Source: Eledone cirrhosa (lineage: Eukaryota). Taken from it: a DNA stretch of 26,688 bases. A program made the position numbers and the translations under genes. The stretch lies in assembly GCA_964016885.1 (NCBI GenBank), contig CAXHJY010000734.1, positions 1 to 26,688 of the forward strand. The letters are read 5' to 3'. Under the pieces are notes generated by a model, which made no database searches, was not told the DNA's origin, and saw nothing but the letters and a program-made list of their open reading frames with translations. Positions 13,069-26,688 of this stretch are shown here, in pieces. How positions within the stretch are numbered: the first letter of the stretch is position 1; each line of letters starts with the position of its first letter.

Positions 13069-13291
13069 ATATATAGAGAAATTTAATATAGAAATGGCTT
13101 CTACAGGACTAGAACTGTTTCATTCGAAGGAAATCATCGAAAATTATTAGCTTTTCTGATGATTTCCTTTGAATAAAACAGTTCTAGTCCTGTAGAAGCA
13201 ATTCCTATAATAAATTTTCTTTCTGATATATTTCTCTACTGATATATTGAGTACCTTACTTAATGTGGTTACCCCCTATTGAACCCGGGAC
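13069..13291. mobile_element. Head-to-head inverted pair of a short hammerhead-bearing repeat (probable non-autonomous PLE remnant, second family)
   Basis: Left arm 13069-13143 is the reverse complement of the start of the right arm (13150 onward). The right arm reads GCTTTT-CTGATGA-TTTCCTTTGAAT-AAAA-CAGTTCTAGTCCTG-TA-GAAGC. The left arm on the minus strand retains GAAA but lacks the T of CTGATGA. Confidence 0.65.
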
Positions 13292-13334
13292 TCACACACA
13301 CACACGCGCACACACGCACACACACGCACACACG

Positions 13335-13405
<71 letters not shown>

Positions 13406-13880
13406 GCGTGTGTGTGTATTTTACGTTTGTATATATGTGTTTTCATGTATGTATATTTGTATGTAAAGCAAGTGGGGGAGGTTTCATTAACGTAGCGAAA
13501 GTGTTGGTGTATTATGTGACGACTCCGATATCTTTATTTCACGCCAACGTGGATACCTAATACCCCTGGCTAGTGAGGCTGGCGAAAGGGTGTGGTGTGT
13601 CGAGTGATTTAGTGAGCTCTACGTGACAGTTATACAGCTGCCGGCAAATATGTACGTAAACCTACGTAAACAGATATACACTATACATATATACACTAAT
13701 CAACACGTACACACACGTTTGGATATTGATATGAATGTGCGTGTGTGTATGTATACGTATATATATATGTGTGATTGTGTGTATGTATGTATATTTGTGT
13801 GTGTGTTTCCATATATATAAATAAATATAGATCGTGTCCCCAAAAATGTATACACGCTTCAACAGCCTTCTAATAAATAA

Positions 13881-14070
13881 TTGTTTTTACTTTTTGGTAC
13901 AAGGCCAGCAATTAACCTTGTATTACTGGTACTTAATTTTATCGACCCCGTAAGGATGAAAGGCAAAGTTAACCTCGACAGGATTTGAACTCAGAATGGC
14001 AAGGGCCGTAACTCTATGCGTTGAAGCATGGCGTCCGATCCTCTACCGATACTGCCAATCCACCGCCCTT
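13881..14070 (-). mobile_element. Near full-length tRNA-derived SINE
   Basis: Minus strand: A-box-like TGGCAGTATCGG, B box GAGTTCAAATCC, core gcctttcatccttacggggtcgataaaattaagtaccag. Confidence 0.85.
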
Positions 14071-14144
14071 CTGATAAATAATGCCTGTACAAGTAATTCA
14101 AATGTGTATACATTTTTGGGGTACACCCTGTGTGTGTGTGTGTG

Positions 14145-14268
<124 letters not shown>

Positions 14269-14458
14269 AAAAGTCAAATGTTTAAAATTTAGCTTCGTTT
14301 ATTGCTGCTATATATATTTCAGTGACAGCCATCTTTGCCTGTGACCTCTTCAGGCAGTCCGAATTAGTGTGGTAGAGACTAGTACACATGTTGTTGAGGT
14401 GTATACTATTGTCAACACACTGATATGCCCAGTATATATATAGAGAGAGATACGTGTA

Positions 14459-14701
14459 TCCCGGGTTCAATCGGTAATAAGCACAACGAGTAAGGTACTC
14501 AATACATATTAGGCTATAAATATTTAATATAGAAATGGCTTCTGCAGGACTAGAATTGTTTCTTTCCTGGTGATATCAGGCGATTGAAACACTTGTAATC
14601 CTTTAGAAATTATGTCTATATGAAATTTTAAAAAATGCTTATATTCTGCCAATGGATTGAGTAACTGTTTTAATTGTAGTTATCCCCGAAAAAACTCGGG
14701 A
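14459..14701. mobile_element. Second, more diverged head-to-head pair of the same hammerhead-bearing repeat
   Basis: 14459-14562 is similar to the reverse complement of about 13175-13290 (tcccgggttcaat...gtaaggtactcaat...agaaatggcttctgcaggactagaa). 14563-14701 is a forward copy with CTGGTGA (14567-14573), GAAA (14586-14589) and attgagta...ctcggga. Confidence 0.6.
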
Positions 14702-14897
14702 ATCAATATATTTGTACCAATATGTACTGGAATGAAAGGTATGGCCTTAAAAACCGAAACTGTAGTGATTTCCAGGGGTTGGCTGAGGAGATAGGACTAT
14801 CCGTCTTTCCTTTGTTCTTTTTCCATTATCTTTGTTCTCAGCGCCACCTATTTTCAACATACATATATTACCCTAAAGGGCAGTACCCACGCCTGTT

Positions 14898-15050
14898 TGT
14901 TACGGCCCTTTACGTTCTGCGTTCAAATCCTGCTGAGTTTAGTTTTACCTTTCATCCTTACGGTCTCGATAAAATAAAATACCAGTAATGCGCTGGGGTC
15001 GATTTACTCAACTTTTCCCTCTCCTTCAAACCACTGTCCTCATACCTCTT
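14898..15050 (+). mobile_element. Same SINE, 5'-truncated
   Basis: gttacggccctt...gttcaaatcc...cctttcatccttacggtctcgataaaataaaataccagtaatgcgctggg. Confidence 0.8.
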
Positions 15051-15093
15051 GGGCCCTTGGGGCCAATGAAATAAATTATGCGTGTGGTTCATC

Positions 15094-15367
15094 GTGTGAG
15101 TGACTGCGTATATGAGTGTTTGTGTGTCGCCGGGTGTGTATGTATGTAACTCTGTGTGTATGTGTGTGTCTCTGTGTATTTGTGTGAGTGACTGCGTATA
15201 TCAGTGTTTGTGTGTCGCCGGGTGTGTATGTATGTAACTCTGTGTGTATGTGTGTGTCTCTGTGAATTTGTGTGAGTGACTGCGTATATGAGTGTTTGTG
15301 TGTCGCCGGGTGTGTATGTATGTAACTCTGTGTGTATGTGTGTGTCTCTGTGTATTTGTGTGTGTGA
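15094..15367. repeat. 88-bp minisatellite, about 3 copies
   Basis: tgactgcgtata recurs at 15101, 15189 and 15277. Confidence 0.9.
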
Positions 15368-15509
15368 CTCTATATCTTTGCGTGTGTGTGTGTGCCAATG
15401 TATGTGTGTGTGTGTGTGTGTTCATTTTTCTCTCTTTCTCTGTCTTCGTGTGCTTGACTGTATGTGTATGTTTGTAACATTGTATATTTGTATATGTGTG
15501 TGTGTGTAT

Positions 15510-16040
15510 GTATGTGACACTGTGTGTGGGTCATTGTGTATCTGTGTGTGTGTCCTTGTGTATGTGACACTGTGTGTATGTGACACTGTGTGTGTATGTG
15601 ACACTGTGTGTGTGTCCTTGTGTATGTGACACTGTGTGTGTCCTTGTGTATGTGACATTGTGTGTGTGTGTGACACTGTGTGTGTGTCCCTGTGTATGTG
15701 ACACTGTGTGTGTGTCCCTGTGTATGTGACACTGTGTGTGTGTCCTTATGTATGTGACACTGTGTGTGTGTCCTTGTGTATGTGACACTGTGTGTGTCCT
15801 TGTGTATGTGACATTGTGTGTGTATGTGACACTGTGTGTGTGTCCCTGTGTATGTGACACTGTGTGTGTGTCCTTATGTATGTGACACTGTGTGTGTGTC
15901 CTTGTGTATGTGACACTGTGTGTGTATGTGACACTGTGTGTGTATGTGACACTGTGTGTGTATGTGACACTGTGTGTGTGTGTGTCCTTGTGTATGTGAC
16001 ACTGTGTGTGTATGTGACACTGTGTGTGTGTGTGTGTGTG
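15510..16040. repeat. TG-derived minisatellite, unit tatgtgacactg(tg)n[tccttgtg]
   Basis: Many visible copies with variable (TG) length. Confidence 0.9.
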
Positions 16041-16433
16041 CGTCAACCAACGAGTGAAGGTAGGTCAAGTGTAATATTCCATGTCACACAGTTGCACGTG
16101 AGAGTACTCTGTGCTTTTCACGGCTCACCTCCGCCGCTTCTGTCACGCATCACCCCAACGACCCACTCTCCACCACCACCACCCCTGCTTCTACCACATA
16201 CCCACCACCCCACTATCCCCGCTCTCCTCATAATCACCTCTCTACCACATATGTCTCTCTTTCTTCTCTCGCCCCCGCCCTCTCTCTTTCTCTCTATCTA
16301 TCTCTGTCTCTCCCTCTCTCATAGATATATATATATATATATCTGTCACACAGACAGACACACACACATGCACACTCATACACATATACACACACATATA
16401 TATATATACTGACACATGCATAATTACGTAGAC

Positions 16434-16466
<33 letters not shown>

Positions 16467-16579
16467 CATAGAGACATACGCATTCACTAACACATACATA
16501 CATATACCATTCACGCACACATCCATCTATGAATACATACATACGCACATACACACCTACATACTTACATACATGATAT

Positions 16580-16610
<31 letters not shown>

Positions 16611-16669
16611 TACACATATATACATATTCACTCACACATCCATCCAAAGGTACATACATTCACACATAC

Positions 16670-16850
16670 ACACACACACTAACCTCCACACATACACACA
16701 CACACTAACCTCCACACATACATATACACACAAACCTCCACACATATACACACACACTAACCTCCATACATATACACACACACTAACCTCCACACATATA
16801 CACACACACTAACCTCCATACATATACACACACACTAACCTCCACCTAAC
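16670..16850. repeat. ~26-bp minisatellite (cacacacactaacctccacacatata)
   Basis: About 7 visible aacctcca cores. Confidence 0.85.
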
Positions 16851-17170
16851 CCCTAATTAACACCACACCATTACAATTGCTCCAATACTGGTTGTCTCTA
16901 TCTAAAGATCTTTTTATTGGGTTTGTTTTTGTGAGGGTTGGGAGTGGTGGATTCCGGAGGTTGGTGAGGGGAGCAGAGAAGGGGTTCCCCCTTTTTCCCC
17001 AGATTACATTCTCCACCATTCCACACACACAAACACACATTCTTTTTTTTTCCTTTCATACTGACAACCACTATATAATGGAGTTTCTATTCACATGGAG
17101 AGGCGGACAGACAGACAGACATACAGACAGACCAACTGACAGACAGAGACTGACTGAGATAAGCATACAT

Positions 17171-17209
<39 letters not shown>

Positions 17210-17240
17210 CATACATACATACATACATACATACATACAT

Positions 17241-17271
<31 letters not shown>

Positions 17272-17292
17272 TATATACATACATACATACAT

Positions 17293-17866
17293 AGTGGCTG
17301 CCAACTCGTTTTCGAGTATGGCCACTACTTTATATCCATGTAGGAGAACCCCTACCGATGCGCTGAACGAGTGTGACTTTTTAGTCCAGCCAGCGACTTG
17401 AAAACTCTGGTACAAACACTACACTTGTGACAATTATTGACACATAGTGCTGGGCCCATGGTACCATGTGACGACAAGTGCAGAGAGATCTCCAGATATA
17501 AAGCAATGCCTGTGCCATGAAGCTTTTATAGTGAGCAAAGGCACTGCACAAAGCCAGTCCCACTCTCTTAACCAAGATGATATTTACCAAAAAGAAGAAC
17601 AAGTCAACATCATTGGATACCACCAGGGCTGCAGGTGTTATATCAGAGTTTTCCTTCTCCTAGAATTCTGCCTTGACAAAGGCTAAGGGGTCATCTCTCC
17701 CGGTGATTTTGGATGGCCATTGACTCTTAAGAGATCCTTTGCCCTTTGACAGGTTTTGTTTTTAGTCCTGCAGGATGTCCAAAGTCACCCTCCTCACCAA
17801 GAAACCTTGGTGGGGTTGCCAGTTTAGTCGCCAACGACCCAACCATGGGACAGGTTGTACTGGGAT
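17293..17866 (-). mobile_element. Short internally deleted RTE-like non-LTR element (5' UTR joined to ORF C-terminus and 3' UTR)
   Basis: Minus strand has ctaggagaaggaaaactctga (recognised from memory as an RTE 5'-UTR motif), the C2H2 finger HKCSVCTRVFKSLAGLKSHTRSAHR* at 17429-17352, and a short 3' UTR ending in (TATG)n. Confidence 0.6.
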
Positions 17867-17935
17867 ACATACATATATACATACATATATACATACATAC
17901 ATACATATATACAGAGAGACTGACTGAGATAAACA

Positions 17936-17969
<34 letters not shown>

Positions 17970-18142
17970 CATACATACATATATACATACATACATATAT
18001 ACATACATACATATATACAGAGAGACTGACTGAGATAAACATACATACATACATACATACATACATACATACATACAGAGAGACTGACTGAGATAAACAT
18101 ACATACATACATATATACATACAGAGAGAGTGACTGCGAGAT

Positions 18143-18613
18143 TAGCCCCTACCTATAGCAATACAACCACGGCCCCACCCTAACCCCTACCTATAGCAAT
18201 ACAACTACGGCACCACCCTAGCCCCTACCTATAGCAATACAACTACGGCACCACCCTAGCCCCTACCGTAGCCCCTACCTATAGCAATACAACCACGGCC
18301 CTACCCTAGCCCCTACCTATAGCAATACAACCATGGCCCGACCCTAACCCCTACCTATAGCAATACAACCACGGCCCCACCCTAGCCCCTACCTATAGCA
18401 ATACAACTACGGCACCACCCTAGCCCCTACCGTAGCCTCTACCTATAGCAATACAACCACGGCCCTACCCTAGCCCCTACCTATAGCAATACAACCACGG
18501 CCCTACCCTAGCCCCTACCTATAGCAATACAACCATGGCCCGACCCTAACCCTACCTATAGCAATACAACCACGGCCCTACCCTAGCCCCTACCTATAGC
18601 AATACAGCCACGG
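18143..18613. repeat. 38-bp C-rich minisatellite, about 12 copies
   Basis: Unit tagcccctacctatagcaatacaaccacggccccaccc, with point variants and two units carrying a 12-bp internal duplication. Confidence 0.92.
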
Positions 18614-18756
18614 CTGAGACCCCACCGCCGGGATGTGAGGTGGGGGTCGTTTACGTGTGTCAGGTGTTAGTGGTGAAAGGTAGATTTCAGATGATACACA
18701 GTTGAACTGATGGTGTAAGGTCACAGGTTTGAGGTGTGTATTTTCTACTACTACTA

Positions 18757-21700
18757 CTGGTGGTTGTGTTAATGATTGTGGTGATGGTGGTGGTGGTGGT
18801 GTTAATTGTTGTGGTGGTGGTGGTTATTTTAGTGGTAGTTGTGGTGGTTGTGGTGGTTATTTTGGTGGTAGTTGTGGTGGTGGTGGTTATTTTGGTGGTG
18901 GTGGTGGTGGTGGTTATTTTAGTGGTAGTTGTGGTGGTTGTGGTGGTTATTTTGGTGGTAGTTGTGGTGGTGGTGGTTATTTTGGTGGTAGTTGTGGTGG
19001 TGGTGGTGGTTATTTTGGTGGTAGTTGTGGTGGTGGTGGTGGTGGTGGTTATTTTGGTGGTAGTTGTGGTGGTGGTGGTTATTTTGGTGGTGGTGGTGGT
19101 GGTGGTTATTTTAGTGGTAGTTGTGGTGGTTGTGGTGGTTATTTTGGTGGTAGTTGTGGTGGTGGTGGTTATTTTGGTGGTGGTGGTTATTTTAGTGGTA
19201 GTTGTGGTGGTTGTGGTGGCTATTTTGGTGGTAGTTGTGGTGGTGGTGGTTATTTTGGTGGTGGTGGTGGTGGTGGTTATTTTAGTGGTAGTTGTGGTGG
19301 TTGTGGTGGTTATTTTGGTGGTAGTTGTGGTGGTGGTGGTTATTTTGGTGGTAGGTGTGGTGGTGGTAGGTGTGGTAGTTGTGGTGTTGGTGGTGGTGGT
19401 TATTTTAGTGGTATTTGTGGTGGTGGTGGTGGTTATTTTAGTGGTGGTTGTGGTGGTGGTGGTGGTTATTTTGGTGGTAGTTGTGGTGGTTGTGTTGGTT
19501 ATTTTGGTGGTAGGTGTGGTGGTTGTGGTGGTTATTTTGGTGGTAGTTGTGGTGGTTGTGGTGGTAGTTGTGGTGGTGGTGGTTATTTTGGTGGTAGTTG
19601 TGGTGGTGGTGGTGGTTATTTTGGTGGTAGTTGTGGTGGTAGTTTTGGTGGTAGTTGTGGTGGTGGTGGTGGTTATTTTAGTGGTAGTTGTGGTGTTTGT
19701 GGTGGTTGTGGTGGTAGTTGTGGTGGTAGTTGTGGTGGTGGTAGTTGTCGTGGTGGTGGTGGTTATTTTGGTGGTAGTTGTGGTGTTTGTGGTGGTTATT
19801 TTGGTGGTAGTTGTGGTGGTTGTGGTGGTAGTTGTGGTGGTAGTTGTGGTGGTGGTGGTGGTTTTTTGGTGGTAGGTGTGGTTATTTTGGTGGTAGTTGT
19901 GGTGGTTGTGGTGGTAGTTGTGGTTGTGGTGGTGGTGGTGGTTTTTTGGTGGTAGGTGTGGTGGTGGTGGTGGTTATTTTGGTGGTAGTTGTGGTGGTTG
20001 TGGTGGTAGTTGTGGTTGTGGTGGTGGTGGTGGTTTTTTGGTGGTAGGTGTGGTGGTGGTGGTGGTTATTTTGGTGGTAGTTGTGGTCGTGGTGGTGGTA
20101 GTTGTGGTCGTGGTAGTTGTGGTGGTGGTGGTGGTGGTGGTGGTTATTTTGGTGGTAGTTGTGGTGGTGGTGGTGGTTATTTTGGTGGTAGTTGTGGTGG
20201 TGGTGGTGGTGGTGGTTATTTTGGTGGTAGTTGTGGTGGTGGCGGTTATTTTGGTGGTGGTGGTGGTGGTGGTTATTTTAGTAGTAGGTGTGGTGGTTGT
20301 GGTGGTTATTTTGGTGGTAGTTGTGGTGGTGGTGGTTATTTTGGTGGTAGTTGTGGTGGTGGTGGTGGTTATTTTGGTGGTAGTTGTGGTGGTGGTGGTG
20401 GTGGTTATTTTGGTGGTAGTTGTGGTGGTGGTGGTTATTTTGGTGGTGGTGGTGGTGGTTATTTTAGTGGTAGTTGTGGTGGTGGTGGTGGTTATTTTAG
20501 TGGTAGTTGTGGTAGTGGTGGTGGTGGTTATTTTGGTGGTAGGTGTGGTGGTGGTAGGTGTGGTAGTTGTGGTGTTGGTGGTGGTGGTTATTTTAGTGGT
20601 ATTTGTGGTGGTGGTGGTGGTTATTTTAGTGGTAGTTGTGGTGGTTGTGGTGGTAGTGGTGGTTATTTTGGTGGTAGTTGTGGTGGTTGTGTTGGTTATT
20701 TTGGTGGTAGGTGTGGTGGTTGTGGTGGTTATTTTGGTGGTAGTTGTGGTGGTTGTGGTGGTAGTTGTGGTGGTGGTGGTTATTTTGGTGGTAGTTGTGG
20801 TGGTGGTTATTTTGGTGGTAGTTGTGGTGGTTGTGGTGGTAGTTTTGGTGGTGGTTGTGGTGGTGGTGGTGGTTATTTTAGTGGTAGTTGTGGTGTTTGT
20901 GGTGGTTGTGGTGGTAGTTGTGGTGGTAGTTGTGGTGGTGGTGGTGGTTATTTTGGTGGTAGTTGTGGTGTTTGTGGTGGTTATTTTGGTGGTAGTTGTG
21001 GTGGTTGTGGTGGTAGTTGTGGTGGTAGTTGTGGTGGTGGTGGTGGTTTTTTGGTGGTAGGTGTGGTGGTGGTGGTGGTTATTTTGGTGGTAGTTGTGGT
21101 GGTTGTGGTGGTAGGTGTGGTTGTGGTGGTGGTGGTGGTTTTTTGGTGGTAGGTGTGGTGGTGGTGGTGGTTATTTTGGTGGTAGTTGTGGTGGTTGTGG
21201 TGGTAGTTGTGGTTGTGGTGGTGGTGGTGGTTTTTTGGTGGTAGGTGTGGTGGTGGTGGTGGTTATTTTGGTGGTAGTTGTGGTCGTGGTGGTGGTAGTT
21301 GTGGTCGTGGTGGTGGTAGTTGTGGTGGTGGTGGTGGTGGTTATTTTAGTGGTAGTTGTGGTGGTGGTGGTGGTGGTGGTGGTTATTTTGGTGGTAGTTG
21401 TGGTGGTGGTGGTGGTTATTTTGGTGGTGGTGGTGGTGGTGGTTATTTTGGTGGTAGTTGTGGTGGTGGCGGTTATTTTGGTGGTGTTGGTGGTGGTTAT
21501 TTTAGTGGTAGGTGTGGTGGTTGTGGTGATTATTTTGGTGGTAGTTGTGGTGGTGGTGGTTATTTTGGTGGTAGTTGTGGTGGTGGTGGTGGTTATTTTG
21601 GTGGTAGTTGTGGTGGTGGTGGTGGTGGTGGTGGTGGTTATTTTGGTGGTAGTTGTGGTGGTGGTGGTTATTTTGGTGGTGGTGGTGGTGGTTATTTTAG

Positions 21701-21775
21701 TGGTAGTTGTGGTGGTGGTGGTGGTTATTTTAGTGGTAGTTGTGGTAGTGGTGGTGGTGGTTATTTTGGTGGTTA
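18757..21775. repeat. 3-kb (GGT)n-derived array with motif tattttggtggtagttgt and ~1197-bp higher-order periodicity
   Basis: Visible repeat. Matching landmarks at 19918/21115 and 20010/21207 are 1197 bp apart. Confidence 0.9.
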
Positions 21776-21854
21776 TATATCAAGATATATTGTGGAAGAT
21801 CAGCAGCCACCCATGTCTACCAGTTTCTCCTCTCTCCTACAATGATATTGTACT

Positions 21855-21925
21855 AAAGGGCCGTAACCCTATGCCACAAAGCATGTTGTCAGACGCTCTA
21901 CCGATTCTGCCAATGCACCGCTCAT
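21855..21925 (-). mobile_element. 5' head fragment of the same SINE
   Basis: aagggccgtaaccctatg...aagcatg...ctctaccgattctgccaatgcaccgc matches about 14001-14067. Confidence 0.7.
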
Positions 21926-21977
21926 AATAAATGTTTCTGATTTAGCACAGTGCTAACAATTTCACATATTTTACACG

Positions 21978-22026
<49 letters not shown>

Positions 22027-22106
22027 TAGGGTGTGGTAAAATACCAGGTGGACCACAACCCACCAGAGTACTCGATAGTTGGGGTAGTAGAGTGGGTAGT
22101 ATGAAC

Positions 22107-22201
22107 AGATTCAGGACCCCGACGGCTGAGCTCCGGCCTCTTCGACAGCTAGGTTCTAGCTGTCGAAACTGCCGGAGCTCAGCTGTCGGGCACCTGAATC
22201 T
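22107..22201. other. 95-nt GC-rich near-perfect inverted repeat (hairpin or MITE-like)
   Basis: agattcagg..cccgacggctgagctccggc-ctc-ttcgacagctag GTT ctagctgtcgaa-act-gccggagctcagctgtcggg..cctgaatct. Confidence 0.85.
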
Positions 22202-22321
<120 letters not shown>

Positions 22322-22380
22322 TTCTAATCTGTTGTAAAAATGAATTCGTTGAATAATCAACGAACCATATAAGCTTTTGG

Positions 22381-22444
<64 letters not shown>

Positions 22445-22784
22445 GGAAGCAGAAAATTGCTTATTGTAATAGAGTTTGTGGTTAAGATAGCCAGTTTCTT
22501 GGATGGTTTCCAACGTACGGTTAGGGGTAACTCCACAAGTTTGTTAGAATGTGGTTAGTAAATCACGTTCAATCTTGGAGTATAAAGAATAAAAGAAAAC
22601 ACAGGTAAGCATTAAAAAAAGGATTTTATCCAGGTATTTACGACCGTTTCATTGGTAAGCGCAACCTAATATCGCTATACTGCAAATAACAGCCACTCGA
22701 TAATAACAGTTATTCACCTCCAAATTTCCATGTTAGGTAATTCAGATAGAGTAGTTATAATTTGTGTTGTTCACTTTCTATATA

Positions 22785-26250
<3,466 letters not shown>

Positions 26251-26688
26251 TGCCCATACACCGTCATTTAATTCAGAGGGGGAAGGAAATGTATTGGTAA
26301 AAATAGTTTTTGTCGATAATTATTTATTTATTTATTTTCTTTTTTTTCTAAACTTTAAATTTCCGATAATTCTAATGTTCGATTTGGAAACAGTATCAAA
26401 AATACAAAAAGATACCAGGAAATTAATACAGACTCGCAAACAATATGGTGGACAATATGAAGATGAATTCCCAGATAAAAAAACATTGTGGAGAGAGTAG
26501 AAAAACGAAATCTTCAGCCATTTATAAAAAATAAAAAACAATATTGTAAATTGAACAACAAAAAAAACTATATTGAAATATATTGATTTTGTATGTTTAG
26601 ACACGTAAACATATTTTTATCATTTTTTTAATTTTTTATGATGGTGGGTTGACAGTATCAGTAGAGGGTCGAATGACATGCTTTGCAG

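Noticed and set aside
18143-18613. CRISPR-like array
   Set aside because: Contiguous tandem units without unique spacers, in eukaryotic DNA.
18630-18640. GGATGTGAGG resembling the 7SK RNA 5' end
   Set aside because: Only 10 nt match and the following sequence does not continue the similarity.
26374-26500. Short ORF MFDLETVSK...LWRE as a host exon
   Set aside because: 41 aa, no recognisable domain or clear splice signals; cannot be supported without a search.

Overview
Repeat-rich, apparently intergenic or intronic eukaryotic DNA. The long (TA)n/(CA)n/(TACA)n tracts and the SINE family present suggest an octopus-like cephalopod; this is inference. No host gene is supportable, and nearly all ORFs in the track are microsatellite artefacts. 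The centrepiece is a young Penelope-like retroelement (PLE, 5795-12489) inserted in a (TA)n tract. It comprises an inverted partial copy, a 1686-bp direct pseudo-LTR, a single ORF (telomerase-related RT plus C-terminal GIY-YIG endonuclease with Hydra-clade-like Cys motifs, interrupted by one in-frame TAG 51 codons before its natural end) and a second pseudo-LTR. Each of the three repeat copies carries a minimal type I hammerhead ribozyme with a variant CCGAAGA core, and the pseudo-LTR also contains an unexplained GC-rich, highly base-paired domain. Elsewhere are a second, unrelated hammerhead-bearing short repeat present twice as head-to-head palindromes, an internally deleted RTE-like element with a possible HDV-like ribozyme remnant and a C2H2 finger, five tRNA-derived SINE copies, several minisatellites, a 3-kb (GGT)-based array with higher-order structure, and a 95-nt GC-rich hairpin.
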